A stretch of 64,000 nucleotides of DNA from an uncultured Methanosarcinaceae archaeon (lineage in GTDB: Archaea; Halobacteriota; Methanosarcinia; Methanosarcinales; Methanosarcinaceae): contig CAVSHT010000005.1 of assembly GCA_963727895.1 (NCBI GenBank), positions 128,001 through 192,000 on the forward strand. Direction: 5' to 3'. The notes beneath the pieces are model-generated. The model made no database searches. It worked only from the letters and a program-made list of their open reading frames with translations, and was not told the DNA's origin. The stretch's first letter is position 1; every line of letters begins with the position of its first letter. Shown piece after piece: positions 11,641-23,416 of the stretch. Both the position numbers and the translations under genes were made by a program.

Positions 11641-12771
11641 ATGAACACTGAGATTCCAGAAGATCTTATAGAACGCGCATACAAAGGCAAGACCACAAAA
11701 GAAGATGGGCTCCTGCTCATGGAGGTGTCTCCTTTTGAACTCTTTAGATTTGCAGATGAACTCCGCAATCTTGCAACAGGAGATACGGTTACTTACGTGA
11801 TAAACAGGAATATTAATTTTACCAGCCAGTGTCTGGGGACATGTGGTTTTTGCGCATTCAGAACAAATAAGGGTAAGGTTCTCAGCCTTGAGGAAATTTT
11901 GGGAAAGGTAAGAGAAGCAGCACAGGCAAATGCTACTGAGGTATGTATCCAGGGTGGGCTTCTTCCTAATGTCGGTCTGGATTTTTATCTTGGGATTACA
12001 GAGGCTATAAAAGCCGAGTTTCCTGAAATGCATATTCATTCTTTTTCACCAATGGAAGTATATCATGCGGCTCATGTCAGTGAAATTCCTGTAAAAGAAG
12101 CCCTTATAAAGCTTAAAATAAGTGGACTCTATACTATGCCAGGTACTGCAGCTGAAATCCTCTCAGATAGGGTGCGGGAGATTATTTGTCCATTTAAATT
12201 AAAGACATCGGAATGGATTGACGTAGTCAGCCAGGCACATTCCGTAGGCATTCCGACAACTGCGACAATGATGTACGGGCATATTGAGACTCTGGAAGAA
12301 AGAATAGATCACATATTGATTATCAGGGAAATTCAGAAAGAAACAGGTGGAATTACGGAATTTGTACCACTTCCTTTTATGCCTTATAATAATCCGATAG
12401 GAGAAAAAATGATTAAAGAAGGCAAATATGCCACTCCTGGGATTGAAGATCTGAAAAATTATGCAATTTCTCGAATTCTTCTTCATGGATATGTAGACAA
12501 TATTCAGGCAAGCTGGGTGAAGTTAGGGAAAAAACTTGCCCAATTTGCTCTCCATTGCGGGGCTAATGATCTTGGAGGCACTCTTATGGAAGAAAGCATT
12601 TCCAGATCTGCTGGAGCTTCAAATGGAGAAGTTATATCTGTAGAAGAACTTGAATGGATGATCTACGGAGCTGGAAGAGTTCCAAAAGAGAGGACAACTC
12701 TTTACAGTGGAGTTCATGAATTGACTTCCGGAAACTCTGACAGAATTACCGGATGTGGAGCATCAGAATAA
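11641..12771 (+). CDS. cofH: FO synthase subunit 2, paralogue 1
   Basis: NRNINFT, CxxxCxxC, PGTAAEIL, NIQASW and GANDLGGTLMEE. Confidence 0.92.
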   Translation: MNTEIPEDLIERAYKGKTTKEDGLLLMEVSPFELFRFADELRNLATGDTVTYVINRNINFTSQCLGTCGFCAFRTNKGKVLSLEEILGKVREAAQANATEVCIQGGLLPNVGLDFYLGITEAIKAEFPEMHIHSFSPMEVYHAAHVSEIPVKEALIKLKISGLYTMPGTAAEILSDRVREIICPFKLKTSEWIDVVSQAHSVGIPTTATMMYGHIETLEERIDHILIIREIQKETGGITEFVPLPFMPYNNPIGEKMIKEGKYATPGIEDLKNYAISRILLHGYVDNIQASWVKLGKKLAQFALHCGANDLGGTLMEESISRSAGASNGEVISVEELEWMIYGAGRVPKERTTLYSGVHELTSGNSDRITGCGASE

Positions 12772-12827
12772 ACTGAACAATCAAGTAACAGTCAGGGAAA
12801 TTATGGAATATTAAAAAGGATGATCGG

Positions 12828-13955
12828 ATGTACACAAAAAAACCGACAACTCCAGAAGATGTAATTGAAAGAGCATACCAGGGAAAATGTACTAAAGAGG
12901 ATGCTCTTCTCCTGCTTGAAGGAAATCCTTTTGAGCTGTTTGAGCTCGCCAATGATCTACGTGCCAGTGCGGTAGGCGACACTGTAAGTTATGTGGTGAA
13001 CAGGAATATCTATATCACAAATAAATGTGTTGGAAACTGTGGGTTCTGTGCCTACAGGCAAGAGAAAGGATTTATCCTGAGCATTGACGAGATTCTGGAA
13101 CAAGTAGAAGATGCGAGAAAAGCAGGAGCTGTAGAGGTATGCATCCAGGGTGGATATACCCCTGAAATTGACATGGAAGTATATCTTGAGATTATAGAGT
13201 CAGTAAAAACCGAATTCCCTGATATGTGCGTTCATGCACTGTCTCCCATGGAAGTAAATTATGCAGCAGATCTCTCAAGCATGTCGGTTGAAGAAGCTCT
13301 GAGCAAGCTTAAAAAATGTGGGCTTGATTCTCTAACCGGAACTTCGGCTGAGATTCTTTCTGACAGAGTAAGAAAAATTATCTGCCCTGGAAAAATCAAT
13401 ACCCAACAATGGATTGATACTATAACTGCAGCACATAAAGCAGGGATTTCTACCAATTCAACTATCATGTACGGACATGTTGAAACCCTTGAAGAACGCC
13501 TTGACCATGTTTTTATTATCCGTGATATCCAGAAAGAAACAGGTGGGATTACGGAACTTATTCCTATGGCGTTTTTGCCTTACAATAGTCCTATAGGAGA
13601 AAAGATGCTTGCATCTGGAAAGTTCTCAACCACAGGGCTTGAAGATCTTCAGCTCATAGCTATTTCCCGCGTAATTTTGCATACTTATGTCAAAAATATT
13701 CAGGCTACTTGGGTAAAATTAGGAAAAAAACTTGCTCAGGTAGCCTTACAATGCGGAGCAAACGATCTAGGAGGTACACTTATGGAAGATCTGATCTCCA
13801 CAGCATCAGGGGGCAGTAATGGAGAATATGTATCTCCTGCCGAGTTTGAGTGGATGATAAAAGGAGCAGGCAGAATTCCTATGCAAAGGGATACTCTATA
13901 CCGAAAAATAGAGCGAGATTTTTCTAATAAAGTCAATCCCCTTCCTATTTTATGA
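12828..13955 (+). CDS. cofH: FO synthase subunit 2, paralogue 2
   Basis: Same CofH motifs; tandem paralogue. Confidence 0.92.
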   Translation: MYTKKPTTPEDVIERAYQGKCTKEDALLLLEGNPFELFELANDLRASAVGDTVSYVVNRNIYITNKCVGNCGFCAYRQEKGFILSIDEILEQVEDARKAGAVEVCIQGGYTPEIDMEVYLEIIESVKTEFPDMCVHALSPMEVNYAADLSSMSVEEALSKLKKCGLDSLTGTSAEILSDRVRKIICPGKINTQQWIDTITAAHKAGISTNSTIMYGHVETLEERLDHVFIIRDIQKETGGITELIPMAFLPYNSPIGEKMLASGKFSTTGLEDLQLIAISRVILHTYVKNIQATWVKLGKKLAQVALQCGANDLGGTLMEDLISTASGGSNGEYVSPAEFEWMIKGAGRIPMQRDTLYRKIERDFSNKVNPLPIL

Positions 13956-13984
13956 AAACAAGGGTAAGTAGTAGAGATTTAACA

Positions 13985-14113
13985 CCCGAGTTCCATCACC
14001 CGCCGAGTCCCGTATCGGGAGGACGACATGGATTCATTCAGGCAAGTTTGTAGCTCCCGAGTTTAGACTCGGGAGCACTGTCCGTTTCGCTCACTTCATT
14101 CGCTCAAGCGGAC
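13985..14113. repeat. Cluster of GC-rich intergenic hairpins (REP-like or IS200/IS605-end-like)
   Basis: TCCCG-TAT-CGGGA (14008-14020), perfect GCTCCCGAGT-TTAG-ACTCGGGAGC (14053-14076), GTCCG...CGGAC (14080-14113). Confidence 0.55.
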
Positions 14114-14268
14114 TAATTTAGAAGTCTGCAAGCCGGAATCAGAAGAGAAACGAGTTTATTTTTGAGCCGCAGGGGTTTTAGTTAAACATATTATATTAGA
14201 AAGTTAAGTTTAATATTCATTTATACTTATTTATATTCATATCTTAACTTAAATATTCAGGAGTTTAG

Positions 14269-14895
14269 ATGAAAGCTGTAATCCCCTATAAAAAAACCAG
14301 TGCAAAATCCAGGTTATCCCCTGTCCTTAGTCAGGAAGAGAGAGAAGAATTTGTGGAACTGATGCTGAATCAGGTAATAGACACCCTTAAGGAAGCCGGA
14401 ATAGAAGCTATCGATATTCTCAGTCCCTCCATTTACGGGTTTGAGAACATGAAAAAAGCCAACGTGCTTATGGATAAAAATGACCTGAACGAGGCTCTTA
14501 ACAGGTATCTTGAGAAGGCTGAGGAGCCTATTATGATTGTTATGGCTGATCTTCCTCTTCTTTCTTCTAAGCATGTAAAAGAGATTATTTCTACTAAAAA
14601 AGATGTTTGTATCGTCCCGGGAAAAGGCGGGGGTACAAATGTACTGTTTATTAAAAACCCCTCAGACTATAGAGTTAGGTATTATGGTTCGAGTTTTCTG
14701 ACGCACTGTTCGATTGCAGAGAAAACAGGGCAGAATGTTGAGATATACGATTCCTTTTTTGCAGGTACTGATATAGATGAGCCCGAGGATCTGGTCGAAC
14801 TGCTGATACATGGAAACGGAACTGCGAAAGAATATATAAGCAAAAAGTTCAGGCTTGAGCTTAGCAGGGGAAGGGTCGGACTGATTCATATTTAG
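14269..14895 (+). CDS. cofC: 2-phospho-L-lactate guanylyltransferase
   Basis: AKSRLSP, MADLPL, GGGTN, SF..H and DIDEPEDL. Confidence 0.95.
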   Translation: MKAVIPYKKTSAKSRLSPVLSQEEREEFVELMLNQVIDTLKEAGIEAIDILSPSIYGFENMKKANVLMDKNDLNEALNRYLEKAEEPIMIVMADLPLLSSKHVKEIISTKKDVCIVPGKGGGTNVLFIKNPSDYRVRYYGSSFLTHCSIAEKTGQNVEIYDSFFAGTDIDEPEDLVELLIHGNGTAKEYISKKFRLELSRGRVGLIHI

Positions 14896-15105
14896 GAACA
14901 GTTTTCTTGACTAAAATCACATATGTTCTGTAAATCCAAGGTTGGCTAATCAATCATTAATTTTAAATAAATAATGTGCTTATTATACTGTGAATATAAA
15001 ACCCAATGATTCATTGATATTCATCATTTAAATTTTGAATAGTGAAGTAAGGATATACAGAATCAGCAAAAATCTGCAAGGGCTATTTTTAGAAGAGGCG
15101 AGCTA

Positions 15106-15711
15106 GTGAGGTCTTTTACATCTGAAGAAAGAGAAATCATAAGAAACAAAATCATAGATAGAGGAAAAGAATGCTTTTCCAGATACGGAATCAAAAAAAC
15201 AAGCATTGAAGATCTTACAAAAGACCTGGGAATTGCAAAGAGTTCTTTTTATTCATTTTTTAGCAGTAAAGAAGATCTCTTTCTACACATATTTAAAGAA
15301 GAAAGAGAAGCTTTAAAAGACAGCTTGCTTGAAAATTCCTTCCTGAAATACAGGACAGAGCCTGATAAAGCTATAAGGGCTTATTTCCATTACGTGCTTC
15401 ATATCGCGAATAACCATCCTATTTGGAGGAAAGTTTTCATAGAGAAAGAGCACGTTGAGCTAACAATCTCCAGTTCTGCCGAAGAAGAAATTAAAAAGAT
15501 ACATAGAGAAAACGTGGAAATGATTTTACCTTTTTTTAATGAATGGGCAGATGCTGGCCTTCTAATAGACAAAGACCCAAGAATTCTTGCTGAAACTACA
15601 TATGCGGTTCTTTCATTTATCCGTTTCAGGAATGAAGTAGAAGAGAAAGATTTTTCGGAGATTATGAATGTTTTTATTGATCTTCTGGCAGAAAATATGA
15701 TAGAAAAGTAA
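15106..15711 (+). CDS. TetR/AcrR family regulator
   Basis: HTH motif TSIEDL...GIAKSSFYSFFSSKEDL. Confidence 0.9.
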   Translation: MRSFTSEEREIIRNKIIDRGKECFSRYGIKKTSIEDLTKDLGIAKSSFYSFFSSKEDLFLHIFKEEREALKDSLLENSFLKYRTEPDKAIRAYFHYVLHIANNHPIWRKVFIEKEHVELTISSSAEEEIKKIHRENVEMILPFFNEWADAGLLIDKDPRILAETTYAVLSFIRFRNEVEEKDFSEIMNVFIDLLAENMIEK

Positions 15712-15814
15712 ATATAAAATTATTGAGGGGATTAAATTGTAAAAGGTTACCTGAAAAGGAGGATCTTTTCAAAAAAAATAGATAGCTCTGCAATAAATTA
15801 AAGGGAGTGTATTA

Positions 15815-17335
15815 ATGAAACATATAAAGTCTGTTTGTCCAGAATGTAAAAAAGTTCTTGATTCCACTATATTTGAAGAAAACGGCAAGATAATGCTGAA
15901 AAAAACTTGTCCAGAACATGGAACCTTCACGGATGTTTACTGGTCGGACAGTAAACTATAAAACAGGTTCAGTCGCTATTCTTACATTGGTAGTGGAGTT
16001 TCAACCAATAATGAGCCTATTTCTTCCAGTGGCTGTCCCTGGGACTGCGGAATTTGCTCCAGGCACAAAACCGGGACTTTGCTTGCAAACATCGACGTTA
16101 CCAATCGTTGTAATCTCAGTTGTCCGGTATGCTTTGCTAATGCCAAAGCAAGTGGTTTTATATACGAACCGGAGTTTGGACCGATAAGAGAAATGATGCT
16201 GACTCTCCGAAATCAAGAACCTGTTCCCTGCTATGCCGTCCAATTTGCTGGAGGAGAGCCTACAGTTCGAGATGACCTTCCTGAAATTATCGAAGCAGCT
16301 CAAGAACTTGGATTTTCACAGATCCAAATTGCAACTAATGGTGTCAGGCTCGCAAAAAGCCAGGAATACTGTGAATCTTTAAAGGCTGCAGGACTACACA
16401 CGGTATACTTATCTTTTGATGGAGTTACTGATGAACCTTACAGGAAAACCAGAGGATTTAATGCCTTTCCTGTAAAACAAAAAGCTATAGAAAACTGCAG
16501 GCAGACCGACCTGAATAGTGTTGTGCTCGTGCCCACTCTGATAAAAGGTGTTAATGATCATCAGGTTGGAGATATTGTCCGCTTTGCGACTAGAAATGAG
16601 GACGTAGTGAGAGGTGTAAACTTCCAGCCAGTAGCTTTCGCAGGTCGCATTGATCAGGTCCTACGAAAAGAACAGAGAATAACAATTTCCTATCTAGTAT
16701 CACTCCTGGAAGAACAAACCGAAGGAGAAATTCCCAGTTCAGCCTGGTATCCTGCATCTGCTGCAGTTCCCATCATCCGATTCGTGAGTGCAGTGAGAAA
16801 TGTTCTGCTCCCCGAGTTTACAATTCACTCTCACTGTGGAGCTGGTACTTATATCTTTGAAAACGAGGGAAGGCTAATTCCGATAACTGAGTTTGTGGAT
16901 GTGGATGGGTTCCTTGAGTTCCTTGAGAGTGTTACTCCAGAATTTGAGGGACAAGGCTCTAACGTAACAAAACTTGCAAAAGTTCTCTATCATGTCCCGC
17001 ACTACATTGATGATTCCAAGAGGCCAAAGGATCTTAACATAGTCTCCCTGATAAGTAATTTCCTTAAAAATGGCACAAGAGAACATGCTGCTCATTTCCA
17101 TAGAAAAGCACTTTTCCTTGGAGCTATGCATTTTCAGGATCTTTATAATCTGGATTTGGAGAGGGTTGAGCACTGCGGAATCCATTATGCCACACCTGAT
17201 GGGGGGATAATTCCTTTCTGTACCTACAACAATTTTCATAGAGAAGGAGTGGAAGCAAGGTATTCAAAAAAATATAGAAAAAATATGGAATTTGAAAGAA
17301 AATCTCTGGATGTTCTGGAACAGGAAACAGCTTGA
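15815..17335 (+). pseudogene. tes: Tetraether lipid synthase Tes/GDGT-MAS (MJ0619)-like radical SAM protein with an in-frame TAA
   Basis: ATG 15815 with GGGAG RBS; CPEC...CPEH, CPWDCGIC, CNLSCPVC, C-terminal HC and PFC motifs; TAA at 15959-15961 (codon 49). Confidence 0.8.
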
Positions 17336-17874
17336 ATCTCTGGCTTTCCATATGTAATGAATTTATAAGCTTAGGGCTGTTTCGTGGGACTTTAAGCAGG
17401 TTTTCAACTTATTCCAATTAAAAAATAATAGTGTGACAATTTTTCATAAATAGACTTTCGATTTAAAACTGAAAACATGACAATTATCCTTAAAAGTCAA
17501 AAATACAATTTATGGTGGTGTAATAAAAAATATTTATATCAAAGAGAAAATTAACTGATATAAATTTTTATGCTAATTTATTGATCCAATAGAGCCAACA
17601 ACTTTAAACTTGACAAATGCATTAATTGAGAAAACTATTCGAAAGAGTATCAAAAGGGTATCTGATTCAGCCCTGATCTTCTTTATGAATAACTTAAAAA
17701 GGAAAAAATAGAGACCTTAGAAAAAATAACTTTCAGGATTCTATTACAGCCACCAGTAGAAATAATGTAACATACAACTGTTATAATTTTCGGTTCATGT
17801 TATACTTAGATACAAGAAATAGGACATCTACTGGGTAAAATCATAATTTACTTTTAAAATTTACAGGTGAGCTG

Positions 17875-18051
17875 GTGAGCATTAACATAAACAGATATAA
17901 ATGTGGATATTGTGGAGCCTGTGTGGGAGTTTGCCCAAAAGGAGCACTCGAACTTGTAGAAACCTGGGTCGAAGTAGATGAAAACATATGCGTAGCATGC
18001 GGAATATGCGATCGCATCTGCCCTGTAGGAGCAATAGAGGTAATGAAATGA
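17875..18051 (+). CDS. 2x[4Fe-4S] ferredoxin, 58 aa, probable GGR partner (not in the ORF track)
   Basis: GTG start; [12 protein letters not shown]...[16 protein letters not shown] overlap with GGR. Confidence 0.9.
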   Translation: MSININRYKCGYCGACVGVCPKGALELVETWVEVDENICVACGICDRICPVGAIEVMK

Positions 18052-19271
18052 AGGACAGATATGATGTTTTAGTGATCGGAGCAGGCCCTGCAGGTTCCAT
18101 TGCCGCCAAGACCGCAGCTGAAAAAGGGCTTGATGTACTTTTAATCGAAAAGCGACAGGAGATAGGTGACCCTGTGCGCTGTGCCGAAGGTGTGAGCAAA
18201 GAATATCTCAAAAAGCATGTAGAAATTGATGAAAAGTGGATTTGCGCTGACCTTAAAGGTTCATTAATTTACGCCCCAGATGGTACAAAAATAGAGATGT
18301 CAGAAGAAATCTCTGGTGCAGAAGTAGGTTATGTCCTTGAAAGAAAAGTGTTTGACAGAGCACTCGCAGAAAAAGCTGCTAAAGCCGGGGCTGAAGTGAG
18401 AGTAAAAACCAGAGCAACTGGCCTGATCATTGAGGACGGATCCGTTAAGGGCGCAAAACTCATGCACCTAGGAAAAACTTACGATGTGCGTGCAGAGATA
18501 GTTATAGGTGCTGATGGGGTTGAATCAAAGGTAGGTAGATGGGCAGGCATTGATACGTCTTTAAAGCCTATAGATCTCGAAACTTGTGCCCAATACTTGA
18601 TAGCTGGAGCAAATGTCGATCAGCACCACTGTGAGTTTTATATAGGAAATGAGATTGCACCGGCAGGCTATATATGGGTATTTCCGAAAGGTGAAGGAAA
18701 AGCCAATGTAGGGATCGGAGTTCTCGGGAGTAAGACTGGAAAATTCAAGCCAAGACCTGTAGATTATCTCAATGATTTCCTTGAGAAAAGGTTCCCTGAT
18801 GCCAGAATAGTTGAGATGATTTTTGGAGGAGTCCCGGTTTCAGGCGTGATTGAAAAAACTTCCACTAACGGACTAATGCTGATAGGAGACGCAGCTCGTC
18901 AGTCTGACCCTGTTACAGGTGGTGGGATTCTTAACGCAATGGATGCGGGTAAATTTGCAGGAGAAGCTGCATATACAGCTATATCTTCAGGAGATGTTTC
19001 TTCTAAAAAGTTAGAAGAAGTTTATGAGAAGCCGTGGAGAACAACTCTGGGTCATGAAATTGATATGAGTCTCGTTGTAAAGAATTGTTTCATTAATTTA
19101 AGCGATGAAGACCTTAACTCTCTTGCTCATTCCCTTAAAGATGTAAAATTTGAGAGAATGAGCCTTCTTGATCTGGTACAGGCTCTCTTTAAAGCCAATA
19201 GAAAACTTCTCTGGGATCTTCGAGTACTTTTCAAAGATGTCGCAAAAGAAGCAGTAAAAAATAAAATGTAA
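18048..19271 (+). CDS. Digeranylgeranylglycerophospholipid reductase (GGR)
   Basis: GAGPAG, PVRCAEG, YIWVFP and GDAA...GGGI; true start ATG 18048. Confidence 0.92.
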   Translation: MKDRYDVLVIGAGPAGSIAAKTAAEKGLDVLLIEKRQEIGDPVRCAEGVSKEYLKKHVEIDEKWICADLKGSLIYAPDGTKIEMSEEISGAEVGYVLERKVFDRALAEKAAKAGAEVRVKTRATGLIIEDGSVKGAKLMHLGKTYDVRAEIVIGADGVESKVGRWAGIDTSLKPIDLETCAQYLIAGANVDQHHCEFYIGNEIAPAGYIWVFPKGEGKANVGIGVLGSKTGKFKPRPVDYLNDFLEKRFPDARIVEMIFGGVPVSGVIEKTSTNGLMLIGDAARQSDPVTGGGILNAMDAGKFAGEAAYTAISSGDVSSKKLEEVYEKPWRTTLGHEIDMSLVVKNCFINLSDEDLNSLAHSLKDVKFERMSLLDLVQALFKANRKLLWDLRVLFKDVAKEAVKNKM

Positions 19272-19399
19272 CGCCTAGAAATCCAGGTGTCATTTATTTG
19301 TTACACTTCCTTTTTTGAAGTTCTTACAGGAATTCCTGTACTCCATATTATCTAAACTTTTTTGTACCTTTATATCAAGCCGTTTATTAGAGTATATTT

Positions 19400-19543
19400 C
19401 ATTTGTATTCGGTTAAGGAATCTGTTAACGTTATAATGACTACTGCAATAATCTATGCATCTCGATTTACATTTATAGGTTTACATAAATGGCAACAAAG
19501 ATAACACATTTTTTATAGATCGTATCTTAACCGAATACAAATG
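19400..19543. mobile_element. 144-bp MITE
   Basis: Perfect 18-bp TIR CATTTGTATTCGGTTAAG; perfect 10-bp TSD GAGTATATTT. Confidence 0.92.
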
Positions 19544-19617
19544 GAGTATATTTAAAATGTATGAAGATGTTGGTTTTGGGATCGGAGTAACTTTTTAAAA
19601 TTTTAGGTATTTATTAT

Positions 19618-20705
19618 TTACGTAAAAAATTTCTCCACCGCCGAAACTGCAGAAGATAGCGCAAAAACTATTACCTTATCACCTTCTCGAATTATAGAAT
19701 CTCCTTTAGGTATGATAATTTCGTCGTTATGAACTATCATGGTAACTTGTTTTGCCAGAAGTGAACACAGAAGATTTTTATCGTCATTATCCGTTACCGC
19801 AAGCACTACGTCCATTTCTTCGATATTTTCTTCCTTCAAAAGGTTAACATCAGTGCCGTCTCCGTTTAAAATAAGGGTATTTTCCAGTATTTCGGCCACT
19901 TCTATACAGCGACTTTTCCTGTATTCGATAACCTTAAGGTCTGTCTTATCGTCTTTATCTATCAGTTTGGCCAGATAAAATCCTACAATTCCACAGCCAA
20001 TAAGGATAATTTTGGTTCTGTGAGGTTCTTCGTTTCCGAATATACGACCAAGTTCTTCCAGAGCTTTGGGCTTGCCTACAACTACAATATGGTCATTTGT
20101 TTGGATAAAGTCGTCCCCATGAGGGATGATTATTTCATTTTTTCGGAAAATCGCACTTACAATACAGCAGTCATCTAGATTGAGGTTTTGTATCTGCTTT
20201 GCTACAAGTCTGTTGTTAGGACGAATGGCAAATTCCATCATCTGAACTTTTCCCCGGCAAAGAGTTCAGTACCTATTGCTGACGGGCTTGAAAGCACTTC
20301 TGCAACTTTGGATGCTAGTGCAAGTTCAGGGCAGATCATGATATCAACTCCAACCTGAGACCTCGAAGTTATAGGAACATCAATATAATCAGGGTTGCTG
20401 ACTCTTGCAATGGTTTTTGTTTCTATCCAGCCAGGACGGGATCTTATGATCAGCTTTGCGGTCATGCAGGCAACAATGTTGACTTCATCAACTCCTGTAA
20501 CAGCCACAAGAATATCCTCATCGTGAAGGATACTTGCCAGAATATCAGCGTTTGCACCATTTCCCTCCAGGACCTGAACATCGAGCTCGTCTGCTCTTCG
20601 TGCAACCTCTTCATCTTTTTCGACGACGATTACATCGTTTGTAAGGGAAAGAAATTTTGCAATATGGTATCCAACCTCGCCTGCCCCTATAATTACTGCC
20701 TTCAT
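19618..20705 (-). pseudogene. trkA: Trk K+ uptake NAD-binding subunit, frameshift plus internal deletion
   Basis: GAGEVG and GCGIVG RCK motifs; frame break at ~20240; LLAKQ joined to VTMIVHND. Confidence 0.85.
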
Positions 20706-21409
20706 AAGAATTCCTCAAAAAATTTAATTTTAGATTGATTAATCTGTTTGATTAAGTAATCTTTGGAATAAATTTAAATTAGATGGGTTTTAAGGAATAT
20801 TATTTTGTAGACCAAGATCTTAATGTTCAGAGTTTTAGATACAATAACGGATATATAATATTAAAAGTCACATTGGTAAAAATATTTTAACTTTTCTGTC
20901 TGTTTCTTATTTAAAACTCTTTAATTATCTGCCTTAATTTTCCTCAAAAACTTGATTAATTAATTGATTCCAAAACTCAGAATAACATTCCTAAGAGTGT
21001 CAGTTGATATGGGGTTAATTGATATCAGGGGTGGATATTTTCATAATAAAATCCCGAATGCTACTTTATCGCATATTATGGTGCTTGTAAACATTGCTAC
21101 TTAATTTCTAAAACCTTAGAGAAACAGTATTGAAGCATTCGATTTGTAAAAATTTATTCTATTTGACAGTTGAACGCGAAACAAAGTATTATATAATCCC
21201 TTATATAAATTTGTCATCAAACGATTTTGTTTCATTAAAACAAGAGCCTATTGAGAACAGGGGTGGAAGGTTTACTACTGGAAGATTCTCATCTTCATCT
21301 GTGTAGTTCTTATGATTCTCTTACTACTTCTTTTTCTTCCAGGTTTTATTTCTTTTAACCATAAAGTTTTAGAAAACGATTAAAAGATAAAGCCAAAAGT
21401 GGGATAAGA

Positions 21410-23416
21410 ATGCAGGATATTACAGAATATATCAAGAAATTAAAGACTTTTATTATTGGAGAACCTCGTAATCCATTAGATTCAAAGATTTTCCATAAAC
21501 TTTCCTTAATATCGCTCTTTGCATGGGTTGGTCTGGGATCTGACGCGATGTCTTCATCTTCATATGGTCCTCAGGAAGCATACCTTGCATTGGGAGAACA
21601 TACTTATCTTGCTATATTTGTGGCTATCAGCATTATATTGACAATTTTTGTAATAAGTACCAGCTATTCACAAATAGTTGAATTATTTCCTACAGGCGGG
21701 GGAGGATATTTAGTTGCAAGTAAATTATTATCTCCTTCTCTGGGAATGCTTTCCGGTTGCGCTCTCCTGATAGATTATGTCCTTACAATTTCTATTTCGA
21801 TATCAAGTGGAGTAGATGCTATGTTAAGCTTTCTACCGGCAGGATGGCAAATAATCAAATTAGAATTTGCATTTGTTGTTATCTTGGTTCTTATCTTATT
21901 GAACCTGAGAGGGATTAAAGAATCAGTGTTGTTTTTAATCCCAATATTTGCATTGTTTCTAATTGCACATGTCATCTTAATAGTATACGCTTTTTATTTC
22001 CATTCTACAAACCTGCCGGTCGTGATGAATAATACTATCACTGATACCCATAGTGTGATAAGTGGAATAGGGGTCTCAGGACTGCTTTTAATTATTATCC
22101 ATTCATATAGCATGGGAGCAGGAACATATACAGGAATTGAAGCCGTAAGTAATGCAGTACCTGTAATGAGAGAACCTAGAGTGCAGACTGCGAAGAGAAC
22201 TATGCATCTCATGGCTATTTCACTGGCGTTCATGGCAGCAGGACTGATGATTTCTTATTTATTTTACAATGTAGCCCGCGAACCTGGAAAAACTCTAAAT
22301 GCCGTCCTATTTGAGAATGTTACAAGTTCCTGGGGGACCTTTGGTACTTATTTTGTAATAGCAACCCTCATTTCAGAAGCAGGTCTATTGTTTGTGGCGG
22401 CACAGACCGGATTTATAGACGGTCCAAGGGTTCTGGCAAATATGGCATTAGACCGATGGGTTCCTACTAAGTTTGCAACCCTGAGTGATAGATTTGTGAC
22501 ACAAAACGGCGTATTAATTATGGGCATTTCAGCCTTAATTATGGTCTCTCTGACAGATGGATCGGTAGAACACCTTGTAGTCCTTTACAGCATTGCAGTT
22601 TTTATAACGTTTATTTTGTCCCAGGCAGGAATGGTCCGTCATTGGTGGGAAGTTAAAACTAATGTAAAAGACTGGAAAAAAAGATTAATTATCAATGGCG
22701 TTGGCCTGCTTATGACAGTTGTGATATTAATGTCAGTGATATTGGTGAAGTTCAGTGAAGGAGGATGGATAACACTGGTTATTATCGGAGCTTTTGCTGG
22801 AGTTGTCCTCATAATAAGACGCCATTATGAATATGTTTCAGGGCTTATTACAGAGCTGAACGCCAAAATACTCGTATATCCATCTTTGATTTATATAACT
22901 AAGAATGAAAACCCTGGAAAATTCAACCTTGAAGATAAGACTGCTGTGCTGCTTGTAAACGGTTTTAACGGTTTAGGAATGCTCGCGTTGTCCAGTATAT
23001 TCGAGTTATTTGGTGGAGTGTATAAGAATTTCGTATTCATACAAATTGGTGTAATCGATGCCGGAGTGTTCAAAGGAGCAGAAGAAATTAAAGGACTTCA
23101 AACCATGGTAAATAAAGATATAGAGAAGTATGTAAACCTGGTCTCATCATATGGATATTATGCTGAAAGTTATACTACAATAGGAACCGACGTTGTTGAC
23201 GAAATTACAAAACTAGCACCAGAAGTATTAAAGAAGTTTCCTAATTCTGTATTCTTTGGCGGTCAAATTGTGATTCCAAATGAAACAATGCTTTCAAGAT
23301 GGCTCCATAACTATACTGTCTTTGCATCACAGAAAAAATTGTACGCTAAGTGTATTCCCTTTGTAGTCTTGCCAATAAGAGTGGATTTGGAATGTAATAT
23401 CCCTAACACGACTTAA
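21410..23416 (+). CDS. APC-family transporter, KimA-like K+/H+ symporter
   Basis: SDAMSSSSYGPQE, YTGIEAVSN, ~12 TM helices plus a soluble C-terminal domain. Confidence 0.8.
   Translation: MQDITEYIKKLKTFIIGEPRNPLDSKIFHKLSLISLFAWVGLGSDAMSSSSYGPQEAYLALGEHTYLAIFVAISIILTIFVISTSYSQIVELFPTGGGGYLVASKLLSPSLGMLSGCALLIDYVLTISISISSGVDAMLSFLPAGWQIIKLEFAFVVILVLILLNLRGIKESVLFLIPIFALFLIAHVILIVYAFYFHSTNLPVVMNNTITDTHSVISGIGVSGLLLIIIHSYSMGAGTYTGIEAVSNAVPVMREPRVQTAKRTMHLMAISLAFMAAGLMISYLFYNVAREPGKTLNAVLFENVTSSWGTFGTYFVIATLISEAGLLFVAAQTGFIDGPRVLANMALDRWVPTKFATLSDRFVTQNGVLIMGISALIMVSLTDGSVEHLVVLYSIAVFITFILSQAGMVRHWWEVKTNVKDWKKRLIINGVGLLMTVVILMSVILVKFSEGGWITLVIIGAFAGVVLIIRRHYEYVSGLITELNAKILVYPSLIYITKNENPGKFNLEDKTAVLLVNGFNGLGMLALSSIFELFGGVYKNFVFIQIGVIDAGVFKGAEEIKGLQTMVNKDIEKYVNLVSSYGYYAESYTTIGTDVVDEITKLAPEVLKKFPNSVFFGGQIVIPNETMLSRWLHNYTVFASQKKLYAKCIPFVVLPIRVDLECNIPNTT

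Noticed and set aside
17988..18047. N-terminal extension of GGR in the ORF track
   Set aside because: It overlaps the ferredoxin; the true start is ATG 18048
21255..21383. Hydrophobic leader peptide before the KimA-like gene
   Set aside because: The hydrophobic frame has no start or RBS upstream of the TM segment
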